Source: Eledone cirrhosa | Lineage: Eukaryota | DNA length: 64,000 bases | Direction of reading: 5' to 3' | Assembly (NCBI GenBank): GCA_964016885.1 | Contig: OZ024745.1 | Span: forward strand, 127,658,001-127,722,000 | Part shown: positions 12,838 to 26,171 of the stretch, piece by piece | Layout: every line of letters starts with the position of its first letter | How positions within the stretch are numbered: the first letter of the stretch is position 1 | Position numbers and translations under genes: made by a program | The notes under the pieces: generated by a model | The model's input: the letters and a program-made list of their open reading frames with translations, nothing else | What the model was told of the DNA's origin: nothing | Database searches by the model: none

Positions 12838-13530
12838 TTACTTACTGCTTTCCACCGTATTTAACATCGAATATATGATTTAGGAAAGTGTGATTTAAAT
12901 TGGATTTCATTAGTTTAGTTCAACCTTGATTAAGAATATATTTGTTAATTGATATTGCAGCCATATTGCTTAACATATTGTTTTTTTACACATAGATTAT
13001 GGAAATTCATTATTCAATATGGTTTTCTCTTTTAAGGGTAATGCAAATGGGAGGGAGAGAGAGAAAGATGATATGACTTAATTTCAGCTTTGCTATATTT
13101 TACATTGTGACATGTTCTGATCCAACACACTTGTACTGCTTGTCACATTAGCTTACTGAGTTTTAACAAAAATTACGGATTATAAAACGAATAACAAGAT
13201 TCGTTTTATTTGGAGGTATTTACGTCTACTCTCAGCTCCCAAATAATAGGAGGGGTTGGAATAAGCCGGGGTGGGGAAAAAACAGATTGGGTTGGAATAA
13301 ACGAGGGCGTCGGAATATGCGAGGGATGGGGGTGCAATAAGCAGGGGGTCGGAAAATCAGTAATTTTTCTAGGTTGTATTTGTTGATTATTTTAAAAACC
13401 AGAATTAGCTGTTTAGTTTACATATTGAGACCCCCCAACCCATCCTATTTATTTAATAATATATGAGATTTCTAGTAAACGTAACCAAGGCGTAACCATT
13501 CATCCTTGTATTATTATATTATACTGTTAA

Positions 13531-13726
13531 GGGCGGGGGATTGGCAGTATCGGTAGAGGGTTCGGACGCCATGCTTTGCAGCAAAGAGTTACGGCTCTTT
13601 ATGGTCTGAGTTCAAATCCCGCCTAGGATAACTGTATCTTTCATCCATACGGGGTCGATAAAATAAAGTACCAGTAATACACTGGATAATTGCTGGCCTT
13701 GTGCCAAAAGTAGAAACAATTATTAT
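13531..13726 (+). mobile_element. tRNA-derived SINE, near full length
   Basis: Same head, B-box and body as 1571-1764. Confidence 0.9.
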
Positions 13727-13820
13727 ATTACACTCTGTCTAGCTTTACACCTCGCTACTGACGTGAACCTAAACGTCGAGTGCTCACCCGGGTGAACCTA
13801 CAGTAACTTCAACTTACACT

Positions 13821-13860
<40 letters not shown>

Positions 13861-14162
13861 GTTATTCCGGGTTGAATCGGAGGTAACCACAGTAAGTAAG
13901 GTACTCAATACATTGCAGAGTATAAAAGTTTTAATATAGATGAGATTCTACAGGACTAGAACTGTTTCATTCTTTAGAAATCATCAGGAATCTGGGTATC
14001 AAAAAATAAATATGGTATTTATAGGTCTCTACAAGTGGTAGGAGAGGGTGGGGAGTGGGATGGGTGTAGGTCATTGGTTGATAGAAAAGGGAATTCATTA
14101 AAAGCTAATTCTACAAAGCTATAGTTTAAAGAATGAAACAGTTCTAGTCCTGTAGAATCTCA

Positions 14163-14165
<3 letters not shown>
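13861..14165 (-). mobile_element. Family B module (pLTR with tail plus short inverted arm) in (TA)n
   Basis: About 14127-14165 is the inverted copy of about 13937-13976. (TA)n flanks. Confidence 0.8.
13944..13992 (-). ncRNA. Canonical type I hammerhead (family B)
   Basis: Minus strand: GATTC-CTGATGA-TTTC(TAAA)GAAT-GAAA-CAG(TTCTAGTC)CTG-TA-GAATC. Stems I and III are perfect, cleavage triplet GUA. Confidence 0.88.
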
Positions 14166-14204
<39 letters not shown>

Positions 14205-14690
14205 AATGGAAAACGGAATTAACAACTCGTGTAAATACCCTGTAATTATTGAGCTCAAAGTATTAAAACTGGGTTCTTTATAATATAATATATAGAAATA
14301 AACACACAAAGTAGTGTGTTTTGTATTACATGGGTTGAAAACTATTTTGGTGCAATGCATATAATAAACGAAAAAATGGAAAATAAATAATAACCGGAAA
14401 AAAGGAATTAAAATATACTCACCATTTCAATAACTATTAAACTCATGATGGTGTTCAACTCATGTAATTCAAAACACACTTCTTTGTCTGCTTATTTATT
14501 ATATTTTTATTTATTATATTTCTACCACATTATTATATTTTCCTTACCACATTTCCTTCGTTATATATATATATATATGTATATATATGTATAGCTTCTA
14601 CCTGGATTTGCGACCGATAGATAGTATCAGCAATTTGAAAGACCAATGGAAATATTGTTTCTTCGGTGCGATTTGAAGAAAGTCGATCGA

Positions 14691-14724
<34 letters not shown>

Positions 14725-14851
14725 TGTTATATTTAGGGAAGGTCATGTTGTTATAATAAAACACACTATTTGGTTTGGGCTGGCTTTCGCCACCGTATAT
14801 TTTAAATCTCTATAGTTAATTTACCTGGCAATCAATATTTAAACCAACATT

Positions 14852-14901
<50 letters not shown>

Positions 14902-15024
14902 TTTATCCCGGGTTCAATCGGGGGTAACCACAGTAAGTAAGGTATTCAATACATAGCAGAGTATAAATATTTAATATAGAAATTGCTTCTACATGACTAG
15001 AACTGTTTCATTCGGGAGAAAACA

Positions 15025-15058
<34 letters not shown>

Positions 15059-15404
15059 GTATACAGTCTCTCAGATTTCTTTCGTCACACAGCTGTGACA
15101 TCATCAGTTATACTATTATATTTCCTTCTGTTGTATTTTAATGTTTACTTATTCTATATTATTTACTTTTTTATTGTTTTCTCTGTTTGCATATACATCT
15201 GTGTGCCTCTGTTTTATATCTAAAAAGGTTTCTCCGTTAAGATTTTCTCCCATTCTGCCCTGTTTTTGTTTATCTTGATTTTATTTGTTTTCTCTTTCGT
15301 AATTTTCTGAATCTCATTATAGATGAGTATAATTACATCACAGCTGGAATATCTTTGAGCATAAGCTTGCACTATCAGGGTTGGCCTGGTACTATATAAC
15401 TAAA

Positions 15405-15514
15405 CATGATGAAGATGGTGATGATGATGATGTTGATAATGATGGTGATGGTGTTGATGATGATGATGATGACGATGTTAATGCTGCTGCTGCTGCTGAT
15501 GATGATGATGGTGT

Positions 15515-15549
<35 letters not shown>

Positions 15550-15662
15550 ATGTTGTTGATGCTGATGCTGATGCTGATGCTGATGATGAAGATGATGATG
15601 ATGATGATAAGGGTGATGATGATGTTGATGTTTATGTTGATGATTCGGATTATGATGAAAAA

Positions 15663-15730
<68 letters not shown>
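15405..15730. repeat. (GAT)n tract followed by (CAT)n tract
   Basis: Direct reading. This produces the spurious poly-D, poly-H and poly-M ORFs. Confidence 0.9.
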
Positions 15731-15799
15731 CTCTCTCTATGATCTTCAGTTCATAATATAAACAAAAAATTGCCATTAGAAAAAAAAAAAAATAAACGG

Positions 15800-15831
<32 letters not shown>

Positions 15832-15833
<2 letters not shown>

Positions 15834-16035
15834 CGAAGGAAATGTGGTAAGGAACCAGATGGACCATAACGCACCAAAGTACTCAATACTTAGGGTAGTG
15901 GAGTGGGTAATAGGAACGAGTAGGACCCCGACGGCTGAACTCAAGCCGTTTCGACGGCTAATTCTGGACAAAATTCTAGTCCAGAATTAGCCGTCGAAAC
16001 GGCTTGAGCTCAGCCGTCGGGGTCCTACTCGTTCC

Positions 16036-16036
<1 letters not shown>
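15832..16036 (-). mobile_element. Family C palindromic module in (TA)n
   Basis: TAGGAAC...GCCGTTTCGACGGCTAATTCTGGAC / GTCCAGAATTAGCCGTCGAAACGGC...GTTCCTA plus an approximately 78-bp tail ending CCTTCGTTA. Confidence 0.85.
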
Positions 16037-16073
<37 letters not shown>

Positions 16074-16077
16074 AGGA

Positions 16078-16123
<46 letters not shown>

Positions 16124-16644
16124 TGAATAACCAGCTGGAGATTATAACCAAGACTGCGACCTTTGTTATTGTAGAACAGTTTTTATTTCACTCACATCTA
16201 ACAATTTGTGTTTCTTTTCTTCTATAAATATTTTCCATTATTACGGTATGTTAAGAAATATATGACATTTTTATAGGATATGAAGAATTATGACATTATT
16301 ATATAATATCAGACGCTGAATAAAAAATACAAGATAATACAACGACCATATAGATCATTCTACGTATAAATATGTTTATATACAAAATATATTTGACAAT
16401 CGCGAATAGAACCTTCTGCGCTAATAGCGCCATTTTGATAACCTTTGTTATATAGTTCGACAACAACGCGGCTGCTATTGTTTGCAATGTTGGTGGAGTT
16501 GTAGCGAAAGTTAACCTTCTTTTGTAAAGATTTTCGTTAGCGTCACTAAAGTGATTTCCCCATATTTAGTACAGTAACAGGTGTTTTCTTTGGATTAGGG
16601 TTATGTCCTTTTATAACTTAACAGTTTGACAAATAGTGAATTAT

Positions 16645-16840
16645 GATTTCTAGTATAGGCACAAGGCCAGTAATTTGGAGGGAGAGGAAAGTCGATTAAA
16701 TCGACCCCAGTATGTTACTGGTGCTTTATTTTATCGACCCCGTAAGGATGAAAGGCAAAGTTAACCTCGACGGGATTTGAACTCAGACCATAAAGGACCG
16801 TAACTCTATGCTGCAAAGCATGGTATCCGACCCTCTACCG
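16645..16840 (-). mobile_element. tRNA-derived SINE (longer 3' variant)
   Basis: Reverse complement of the SINE B-box and central domain. Confidence 0.85.
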
Positions 16841-16997
16841 CTCTATATGTACACTGTGTAAATTTCTCAGATTTTTCCGACAATTTCTTAAAAAGCTGGG
16901 ATCCCTTGAACCCCAGTCTATTGCAGCATGTCGTCCCTGTTCTTCATGCAACATAGATGCACACACACACATACGCGCGTGCGCACACTCACACACA

Positions 16998-17048
<51 letters not shown>

Positions 17049-17118
17049 GAAAATGAAAAGATATAACACAGGTGGTAAATGTAACAGTTATGTTCACGCT
17101 TGGAGAAAGTAGAGGAGG

Positions 17119-17154
17119 TTTCAACGTTTCGGACAGTAGTCCTTCATCAAGAAA
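17119..17154 (-). ncRNA. Minimal type I hammerhead (U3.G8 core)
   Basis: Minus strand: TTTC-TTGATGA-A-GGAC(TACT)GTCC-GAAA-CG-TT-GAAA. The palindrome AACGTT replaces stem III. Confidence 0.7.
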
Positions 17155-17232
17155 GTTCGGATAGGGGGAGAACAGGAACTCCGATACTGAGTAAGGTGGG
17201 GTTTAAAAAGTAAAAAATAGAAAATGAAAAAT

Positions 17233-17267
<35 letters not shown>

Positions 17268-17272
17268 CGCAC

Positions 17273-17368
<96 letters not shown>

Positions 17369-17400
17369 TACCGATTGTGTTGTTATTTCTGTTTAGCTTT

Positions 17401-17447
<47 letters not shown>

Positions 17448-17547
17448 TATATATAATTAAGTTAGTCTGCCCACTACTAATTTTCATAGGAAAAGCATAT
17501 AACGATATGTGCTTTTACGATTCTCCAGAAAGGCCGGAAGATAGGTA

Positions 17548-17592
17548 AATATTGCTGATGAGTTGTAACAACAACGAAACTAGTTCAATATT
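17548..17592 (+). ncRNA. Type I hammerhead ribozyme, array unit 1
   Basis: AATATTG-CTGATGA-GTTGT(AACA)ACAAC-GAAA-CTAG-TT-CAATATT. 7-bp stem I, 5-bp stem II, GUU triplet; predicted cut after 17585. Confidence 0.92.
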
Positions 17593-18013
17593 CCTTGTCT
17601 GGCTTTCTGGAGAATAGAGGAAAGGTGTTTCCTCAAAAACCAGTATGACTCTAAATACCGGTTTGTCTGTGTGTTTACATACAGAATAGCTGGACACTCA
17701 CAGTAAAGTGACCAGTGAAAGACTTGGTACATCTACATATGTATACGTGTGTGTATTCATATGCATACTAATATTTCAGTATACATATGTGGATGTACAT
17801 TTTTAACTTAATTGTTTAAGCGTCAGTCATACAAAAGTGAGTTACAAACGAAACGAAATTTAATTTCGTTTCGTTATTTGTTTTTATCGTCTCCGTTGAA
17901 CCGGTACGTACTCACACTCTATGCAAATTAGTCTGCCCACTACTAATTTTCATAGGAAAAGCATATAACGATATGTGCTTTTACGATTCTCCAGAAAGGC
18001 CGGAAGATAGGTA

Positions 18014-18058
18014 AATATTGCTGATGAGTTGTAACAACAACGAAACTAGTTCAATATT
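18014..18058 (+). ncRNA. Type I hammerhead ribozyme, array unit 2
   Basis: Identical to 17548-17592; predicted cut after 18051. Confidence 0.92.
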
Positions 18059-18479
18059 CCTTGTCTGGCTTTCTGGAGAATAGAGGAAAGGTGTTTCCTC
18101 AAAAACCAGAATGACTCTAAAAACCGGTTTGTCTGTGTGTTTACATACAGAATAGCTGGACACTCACAGTAAAGTGACCTGTGAAAGACTTGGTACATCT
18201 ACATATGTATACGTGTGTGTATTCATATGCATACTAGTATTTCAGTATACATATGTGGATGTACATTTTTAACTTAATTGTTTAAGCGTCAGTCATACAA
18301 AAGTGAGTTACAAACGAAACGAAATTTAATTTCGTTTCGTTATTTGTTTTTATCGTCTCCGTTGAACCGGTACGTACTCACACTCTATGCAAATTAGTCT
18401 GCCCACTACTAATTTTCATAGGAAAAGCATATAACGATATGTGCTTTTACGATTCTCCAGAAAGGCCGGAAGATAGGTA

Positions 18480-18524
18480 AATATTGCTGATGAGTTGTAA
18501 CAACAACGAAACTAGTTCAATATT
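18480..18524 (+). ncRNA. Type I hammerhead ribozyme, array unit 3
   Basis: Identical to 17548-17592; predicted cut after 18517. Confidence 0.92.
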
Positions 18525-18816
18525 CCTTGTCTGGCTTTCTAGAGAACAGAGGAAAGGTGTTTCCTCAAAAACCAGTATGACTCTAAAAACCGGTTTGTCT
18601 GTGTGTTTAGATACAGAATAGCTGGACACTCACAGTAAAGTGACCAGTGAAAGACTTGGTACATCTACATATGTATACGTGTGTGTATTCATATGCATAC
18701 TAGTATTTCAGTATACATATGTGGATGTACATTTTTAACTTAATTGTTTAAGCGTCAGTCATACAAAAGTGAGTTACAAACGAAACGAAATTTAATTTCG
18801 TTTCGTTATTTGTTTT

Positions 18817-18859
<43 letters not shown>

Positions 18860-19139
18860 CATAATATATATATATAATATATATCATCATATATATATAT
18901 ATTATAATATATATATATATTATAATATATATATCATAATATATATATATATATCATAATATATATATATATCATAATATATATATATATATATTATAAT
19001 ATATATATATATATATATATTATAATATATATACATATATTATAATATATATACATATATCATAATATATATATATATATTATAATATATATACATATAT
19101 CATAATATATATATATATATATATAGTGTAATCAGTGTC

Positions 19140-19454
19140 AACACCACCATCTCCACCATCATTATCATCACCACCATCACCATCCCCCCCATCACCGCCA
19201 CCACCACACCACTAGCACCACCACCACCTCCACCATCACCACTACCACCACCACCAGCATCATCATCTCCACCATCACCACCACCACTACCACCACAACC
19301 ACCACCACCATCACCACCACCACCATCACCACCACCATCACCACCATCACCAGCACCAGTACCAGCACCACCACCACCACCACCAGCACCACCATCACCA
19401 CCATCACCACCATAGTTTAGTAGTAGTAGTGGTGGTGGTGGTAGTAGTAGTAAA

Positions 19455-19497
<43 letters not shown>

Positions 19498-19607
19498 ATA
19501 TTAGTTATAGTAGTAGTAGTAGTAGTAGTAGTAAAAGTAGTAATAGTAGTAGTAGTGGTGGTAGTAGTAGTAGTAGTAGTAGTAACAGTAGTAGTATTAG
19601 TATTACC

Positions 19608-19640
<33 letters not shown>
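19140..19640. repeat. Compound trinucleotide tract (CAC)n, (GTA/GTG)n, (CAA)n
   Basis: Direct reading. Confidence 0.9.
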
Positions 19641-19642
<2 letters not shown>

Positions 19643-19654
19643 AAGCGATAAAAA

Positions 19655-19842
19655 TAATTGTTTCTACTTTAGGCACAAGGCCAGCAAATAACCCACTACA
19701 TTACTGGTACTTTATTTTATCGACCCCGTAAGGATGAAAGGCAAAGTTAACCTCGGCGGGATTTGAACTCACACTGTAAAGGGACATAACTATGCTAGAA
19801 AGCATGGCGTCTAACCGTCCACCGATACTGCCAATTCACCGC
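19655..19842 (-). mobile_element. tRNA-derived SINE, near full length
   Basis: Reverse complement of the 1571-1764 family. Confidence 0.9.
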
Positions 19843-20061
19843 GTAAAAAAATGGGGCTTACAAGTTCAACAACAAAATCCATGTTTAATTAAATTGTCTG
19901 CTATATCTCTAGGTTGAATATAATGAGAAACGTTTCAGATGTACTGAACAGCATTGATGTACAACTGGTCAGAATAACGGGACCTTATGTAAATATACAG
20001 ACACACGGATATATATTAGACAATAAGTGAACTGTACCAACAGGCACGGTAATAGCATGAA

Positions 20062-20104
<43 letters not shown>

Positions 20105-20259
20105 TACAAATATATGAACATATGAATATAGGTATATGTGTGTGTATATATATATATGTATATGTGTGTATATATATACATATATATATATATTGTTATA
20201 CTTGGGGATGGTCATATATATATACACACACACACATATATATATATTTATATGTGTGT

Positions 20260-20320
<61 letters not shown>

Positions 20321-21045
20321 CACACACACACATATATATATATATATATTTATATGTGTATATATATATATGTATATATATATATAGTATATATATATAT
20401 CTATGTATATGTCTATGTATGTATATATATGTATGAATATATATATGTATAAATACACACACGCACACACACATATATATATATAGTATAAATACATAAA
20501 TAAATATATATGTATATATATATGTGTGTGTGTGTGTATGTATGCATGTATGAGAAAAGTCAACAAAGAAAGACAACATAGGAGAACAATACATTACAAT
20601 GATGATATATATTAGTTTAACGCTTAGGAAATGAGAGAGGGGGGGGGAGGAGAGAGAGAGGAGTGAGAAAGAGGGAAATAGAGAGAGGGGAGAGAAAGAC
20701 TGAGGAATATGCATAAAAACAAGCGGTAGCAATATATTCATGTACAGTTATACACTCCCTACTTATACATAACCGTACTTACATACAAGGATATACACGT
20801 ATACATATATACATTCACACGCCCAAAACATGGCTACGTGTATCGGTGCACATATGCATATATATAACCTATATACATTATACATATTATATATATATAT
20901 ATATAGTTTCGTTGACAAATATATCAATGTGCCCAGACACGCAGATATATTGCGCTGGCCTCGGGCCCCCCCTGGTGGCCCCTTAACCTTGTTCTGTTGA
21001 CGCAGCTTGATGGAGCATGCAACTATTGATATACTCTTGTTTATA

Positions 21046-21092
21046 GGCTCTGATGATTCCTGCCTTAGGGTACGGATGAAACACTGTTAGCT
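21046..21092 (+). ncRNA. Type I hammerhead within a (TA)n-flanked insert (about 20905-21131)
   Basis: GGCT-CTGATGA-TTCC(TGCCTTAGGGTAC)GGAT-GAAA-CACTG-TT-AGCT, directly followed by AATAAA. Confidence 0.75.
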
Positions 21093-21129
21093 AATAAAAC
21101 AATGTATTTCTAAGCACTCTTTGGTTATT

Positions 21130-21174
<45 letters not shown>

Positions 21175-21176
<2 letters not shown>

Positions 21177-21660
21177 ATAATAATAAATGCGAAGACTAAA
21201 ATCCAAAGAGGGCTCGATAAGGATAAATATATATCAAATATATAAGAACCCTAGAGCAAATATGTATTAAGATAACAGATTAAAGTTTAAGCAAAAAATC
21301 GCTGCTTTCACCCTTAGCGGGATCGTCTGAAAGTAAAAACATTAATCTGTGAACGTAGAAGTAAATATTTCGAAAAATGTTGCAACCGAAGGAAAACAGG
21401 AAGACGATACTTTGGTTCGTGAAGACGTACCTTGGCAATGAACGAAAAAAAGCGAAGATAATACGTCGTTATCTGGATCGAGAAGAACAATTACACGCAA
21501 AGACAAAACCACGTTTATGGTATAAATGGAGTAATAGACTAATATTCTATTTAGGAAACCGAATGATTCTCGGCTTCGGAGTTAAGAATAATGTAAATAA
21601 ATTAGTATAACGAAAATGACAGAGGTTATTAAAATCAATAATAATTAAATATATACCTAC
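21175..21660 (-). mobile_element. Family D repeat with a degenerate hammerhead at 21286-21332
   Basis: Minus strand TTT-CAGACGA-TCCC(GCTAA)GGGT-GAAA-GCA(GCGATTTTT)TGC-TT-AAA, with one core substitution. Terminus abuts (TA)n. Related to 1-600, 28301-28430 and 47070-47330. Confidence 0.65.
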
Positions 21661-22388
21661 GCACATCTATATACGTACATACACGTGCATACGCGAAAAA
21701 CCCCGCCATGCATGCATATACATGCACGTACACTTAAACACGCATAGATATAATTATATAAACGTATATAAATAACACATAAATACGTATATAACGCACA
21801 CACACATGCATACAAGTAAAAACACTTATGTTCACCAAACGTACGTATACCAAATCTCAATGTACACGTATACACACCATACATACGTGCAAACACGCAT
21901 ACACGCATATACACAAAATACACATATACACATATACCAGTATGTATAATATATACACATATAACAAATACAAGCATATATATACGTACGAGAATGTATA
22001 CGTACCTCCACAAAACATACGGGTAAGGTATACTTACCTATACAAATAAGTAATGGAATAAACATAAAATATACTTAGCTACCACATCAAGACGTAAAAT
22101 ATCCGCGTATAGTTCGTACTATCCTTTAGGGTATAATGTGGGGCTGTAATACAGGAAAGTTTTATGCAATTTGTGTTTACAAGCCGAAATTGCCTCCGAT
22201 TTTTTGTTTAAGATGTGATCATTGGCGTAGAGCATTTCCAGGGCTTCAGCGGCGCAAAGATCGCATGGTCTTTTATTTCCGTTATACGATCTAGCCCTAG
22301 CTAGGATCTCCCAGTGTAACCTATATTGGGTGTGGTTGTCTTTTAGACTCCAGATTTATACGGTCTGACTTCAAATCCCGCCGAGGTT

Positions 22389-22464
<76 letters not shown>

Positions 22465-22475
22465 CTATATATATG

Positions 22476-22541
<66 letters not shown>

Positions 22542-24637
22542 ATCTATATATGATATGTATGTATATATATATATATATATACACACACACATATATATAT
22601 ATATATACATAAATATATAAATATATATTCATCTCTTGATCCTTTGTTTAGCTGTGTATCAATGTATCTATTATCGATAGTGATATTTATTCCTCTTGTC
22701 GTTTAACACCGAGCCAGTTCTGATTAGGAACACCTTTGATTAGAAGGTTCCTCCCCGTATTTTCGTCTTAGCCTCCATTTTTTAATACTATAACTATATA
22801 ACATATTTTAAAAATAGATAGGTGTTACCCTGTTTAAGTTATCTTTAATATCTCTTACTAATACTTCCTTTAATATATACTACTCTGTTTCCTTAGTATT
22901 TTTTTAAATTCTCTTCCTTTTATTTCTTTATCAAATATAATACCGACTTCAAATATAATACCGACTTCGATAACAAGTTTGCATACTCATTCCGCACCTT
23001 TCTCTATTATCAGATGCGTACCGCCTCACATTACCCATATTCATGGTTGATTTCTTTCCCATAGCATTTATATTTATAAGCTGTCTGCTTAAACATATTG
23101 GCATAAAACATTAGCGACAACAGAAAGGAAGCAAATTTTCTTAGAAATATTCCTTTTCTAACACAGATGAGCCCTCATCTTTAGACGCTCCCCACCGCCT
23201 TTTGCTTCAATCTGTAGAACAGTATGCCATTTATTAAAATTAGTTTTATTTGCTTGTTGTTCGTACTAGCTATTAGAATCTATAGTCGAGGAGTATTGTC
23301 AAAATCTTGTAATCAGTCCACGCTCTGCTCAGACGCATATTCCCCACTCTTCAGTTTCTACTTGTTGAACTGTAATCAGTATTTTCGGCATCCTTTCTCT
23401 TCCTCTGAAAGTTTGTTTGTCAGGAGTCGAACACTTATCTTCTGTAATAATATTTTTGTCGAACTTTTTATATTGTAAGGCCATATGGTGTGTAACTAGT
23501 AATATTTGGAGTTTCACCAGGTTTCGAGATTAAGCTAGATACCCCTTAGTAAGTCATTCTCATAGTGTGTCGAGCGCTCTTATTAGTTTATTGAATATTT
23601 CTTGAAAAACAGATTATGTTAGTTATTTTAGCCAAGCGTTTAAAAGTTTGTTACTTCAGGGGTCTTTCCAATTATATATCTTGTGTGTGAGGTTAATCAT
23701 TAGATTAACATTTCGTTCCCAAATGGTTTAAGTATTGAACCATTTCTAAATATTTCTTATTATTATTGTTATATTTATATGCTGGCCTTGTGCTAAAAGT
23801 AGAAACAATTATTGTTATGTTTATAATTTGTTTTGTGGAATACAAAAAAAAAATGTTCTTTCTTAAAACAAAAAATAGAAGCATCTTGAAAAAAACATGC
23901 ACAGAAGTAATTAAACTTAACTAAACACCTCAAGATTAATGAAATATTCACATTGACCAAAAGGTTCCTAGTTTAACATATTGCCGTGGTACAATACTAT
24001 GTGAGATTGACCTAACATTATATACAGAAAGCCTAATATTACTATTTTCTGAAAAGTGTTGATGTCATTTAGGCAAATCTGTCAATACATCTAGAGAAAG
24101 TTGTGTATCACTTCACTTGTACCAACTATATGAGGAATGATAGCACTTTCTTTACCTGATATAATACTCCTCAATACAACAGCTTGTTAGTGTAAATTCG
24201 TAGTTTTTCAGTTTGGTTCTGCACAATATTATGTTAATTTGGTATTGATGTTTCGAAAGAGTGTACGCTACGGTGTTGATATTTCGACAACTTGTACGCT
24301 ATGGAAAATTATGTCAGACTTATGTGGGATCCGTGTGTATGCTAAAGTTCCATGGTATTTGTATAACATTTATAAGTGTCTCACACAAGCAATTTTAGGC
24401 AAGTGAAATTTGGTAGTTTCTCGTATGAAGAGCAGCTGTGATAAGTTATTGTATGTCAGAGCTAGTGTACAACATCCTGATAAATGTAGCGTAATATCCG
24501 AGCAAATACTCCATATGACAGTTCTTATGTATAAAATCTCGAATGTTATTGCTTCTCTTGCTCTTTCCAAACAGGATTTCTTCTTCCAAGATGGACATAA
24601 GATCGTTTTATAAATATACATACATATATATATATAT

Positions 24638-24823
<186 letters not shown>

Positions 24824-24964
24824 TTATATATACATATATGGCATCTATTTTTAAGAAAATATTGGTAATTTAAAGGCTTGTATTATTGATGATACCTCAC
24901 AAAGGCAACAAACATGCAGAGGAAGGCAATAGATGACTGATTCTAGTTAAGTATATTATTACTG

Positions 24965-25035
24965 AACTTTGCCTTTCATCCTTACCGGGTCGATAAAGTA
25001 CCAGTAATACACTGGTTTAATTGCTAGCCTTGTGC
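24965..25035 (+). mobile_element. Truncated SINE
   Basis: Central domain and 3' end of the dominant SINE. Confidence 0.8.
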
Positions 25036-25843
25036 CAAAAGTAGAAACAATTATTACTGATTCTTGTTATCGACTTTCGACTCCGGTGGAATTTGAACTG
25101 AGAACATAAAGAGACAAAACTAAAAAAATTTTAAGGCAATCTAATTCCGCCATTTTTCAATTTCTACAACTAGCTGCCATTTTAGAGTTTATAATAATAG
25201 AATAATAGAAAATAAAAAATAATAACAACAACATCAATAACGTTAATCAAAACATTGACAGGCCAGTTACAAAATAGATAGACCTAGCGAAGTTTGTTAG
25301 AATAATGCACGGTAAAGTATTTACTTAAGCAGACAACGAACGCTTGAAGTATTGTAATGGGGGCTTTTTTGTAATGTAAACAAAACAAGCATTGACGTCG
25401 GTATACGTGTTGGAGGTAGCGCGGGAGCCTAGCAATTGTAAGGCAAGGGAGGTGGGTTTAGTGTTTGGTGTGAGTGTGTGTGTGTGTATGTGTGTGTGCA
25501 TGCATGTGTGTGTGTGTGTGTGTGTGTGTGTAGTAAGTGTATAAAGGTAGTGGATTGTGGTTTCTTTTGTATGATTATTATCAAAAGGGAAGAAGACGAA
25601 AATAATGTAAAAAAAAAAAAGAAGAAAAGTAAGAATTGTTGTTTATATATCGGATTAACTTGTTGCTTAATATACTCATCGAAGCAGCAATTAAACTTTC
25701 TCTCTCTCCCGCTTTCTCACCTTTCCCCTCTCCCTCTCTTCAACATACGCATACGTATATATATAAATATATATATATACATATGTACATATGTACAGTA
25801 TACATACATACTTCCACACAAACACACACTCACCCACCCACCC

Positions 25844-25950
<107 letters not shown>

Positions 25951-26135
25951 ATATATATATATACATATATATATATATTATATATATTGTACTAGGACTG
26001 TTTCATTCGAATGAATAAAACAGTTCTAGACCTGTAGAAGTCATTTCTATATAAAATAAAGATGATTATATTCTGTTAACGTATTGAGTACCCTTTATAA
26101 CTGTCTCACCTCCCGACACCCGTCAGAAATCCACC

Positions 26136-26171
<36 letters not shown>

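Larger units (their letters stand above)
17462..18818 (+). mobile_element. Tandem array of 466-bp hammerhead-containing units (retrozyme-like), about 2.9 copies, in (TA)n
   Basis: Units start at 17462, 17928 and 18394 and are nearly identical. Each has one intact HHR and there is no credible ORF. Confidence 0.85.

Noticed and set aside
13227-13360. Possible DNA transposon end with repeated GGGTTGGAATAA motifs
   Set aside because: No matching opposite terminus was found.
17515-18629. Three repeated 60-aa ORFs on the minus strand of the 466-bp array
   Set aside because: Short, no ATG start and no recognisable motif. Their repetition follows from the DNA repeat, and the conserved feature is the plus-strand ribozyme.
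17462-18818. CRISPR-like or classical satellite interpretation of the tandem array
   Set aside because: There are no unique spacers, the context is eukaryotic, and there are only three long units.
22700-23700. Possible old LINE remnant or exon in a non-repetitive AT-rich block
   Set aside because: No diagnostic motif could be read in any frame.
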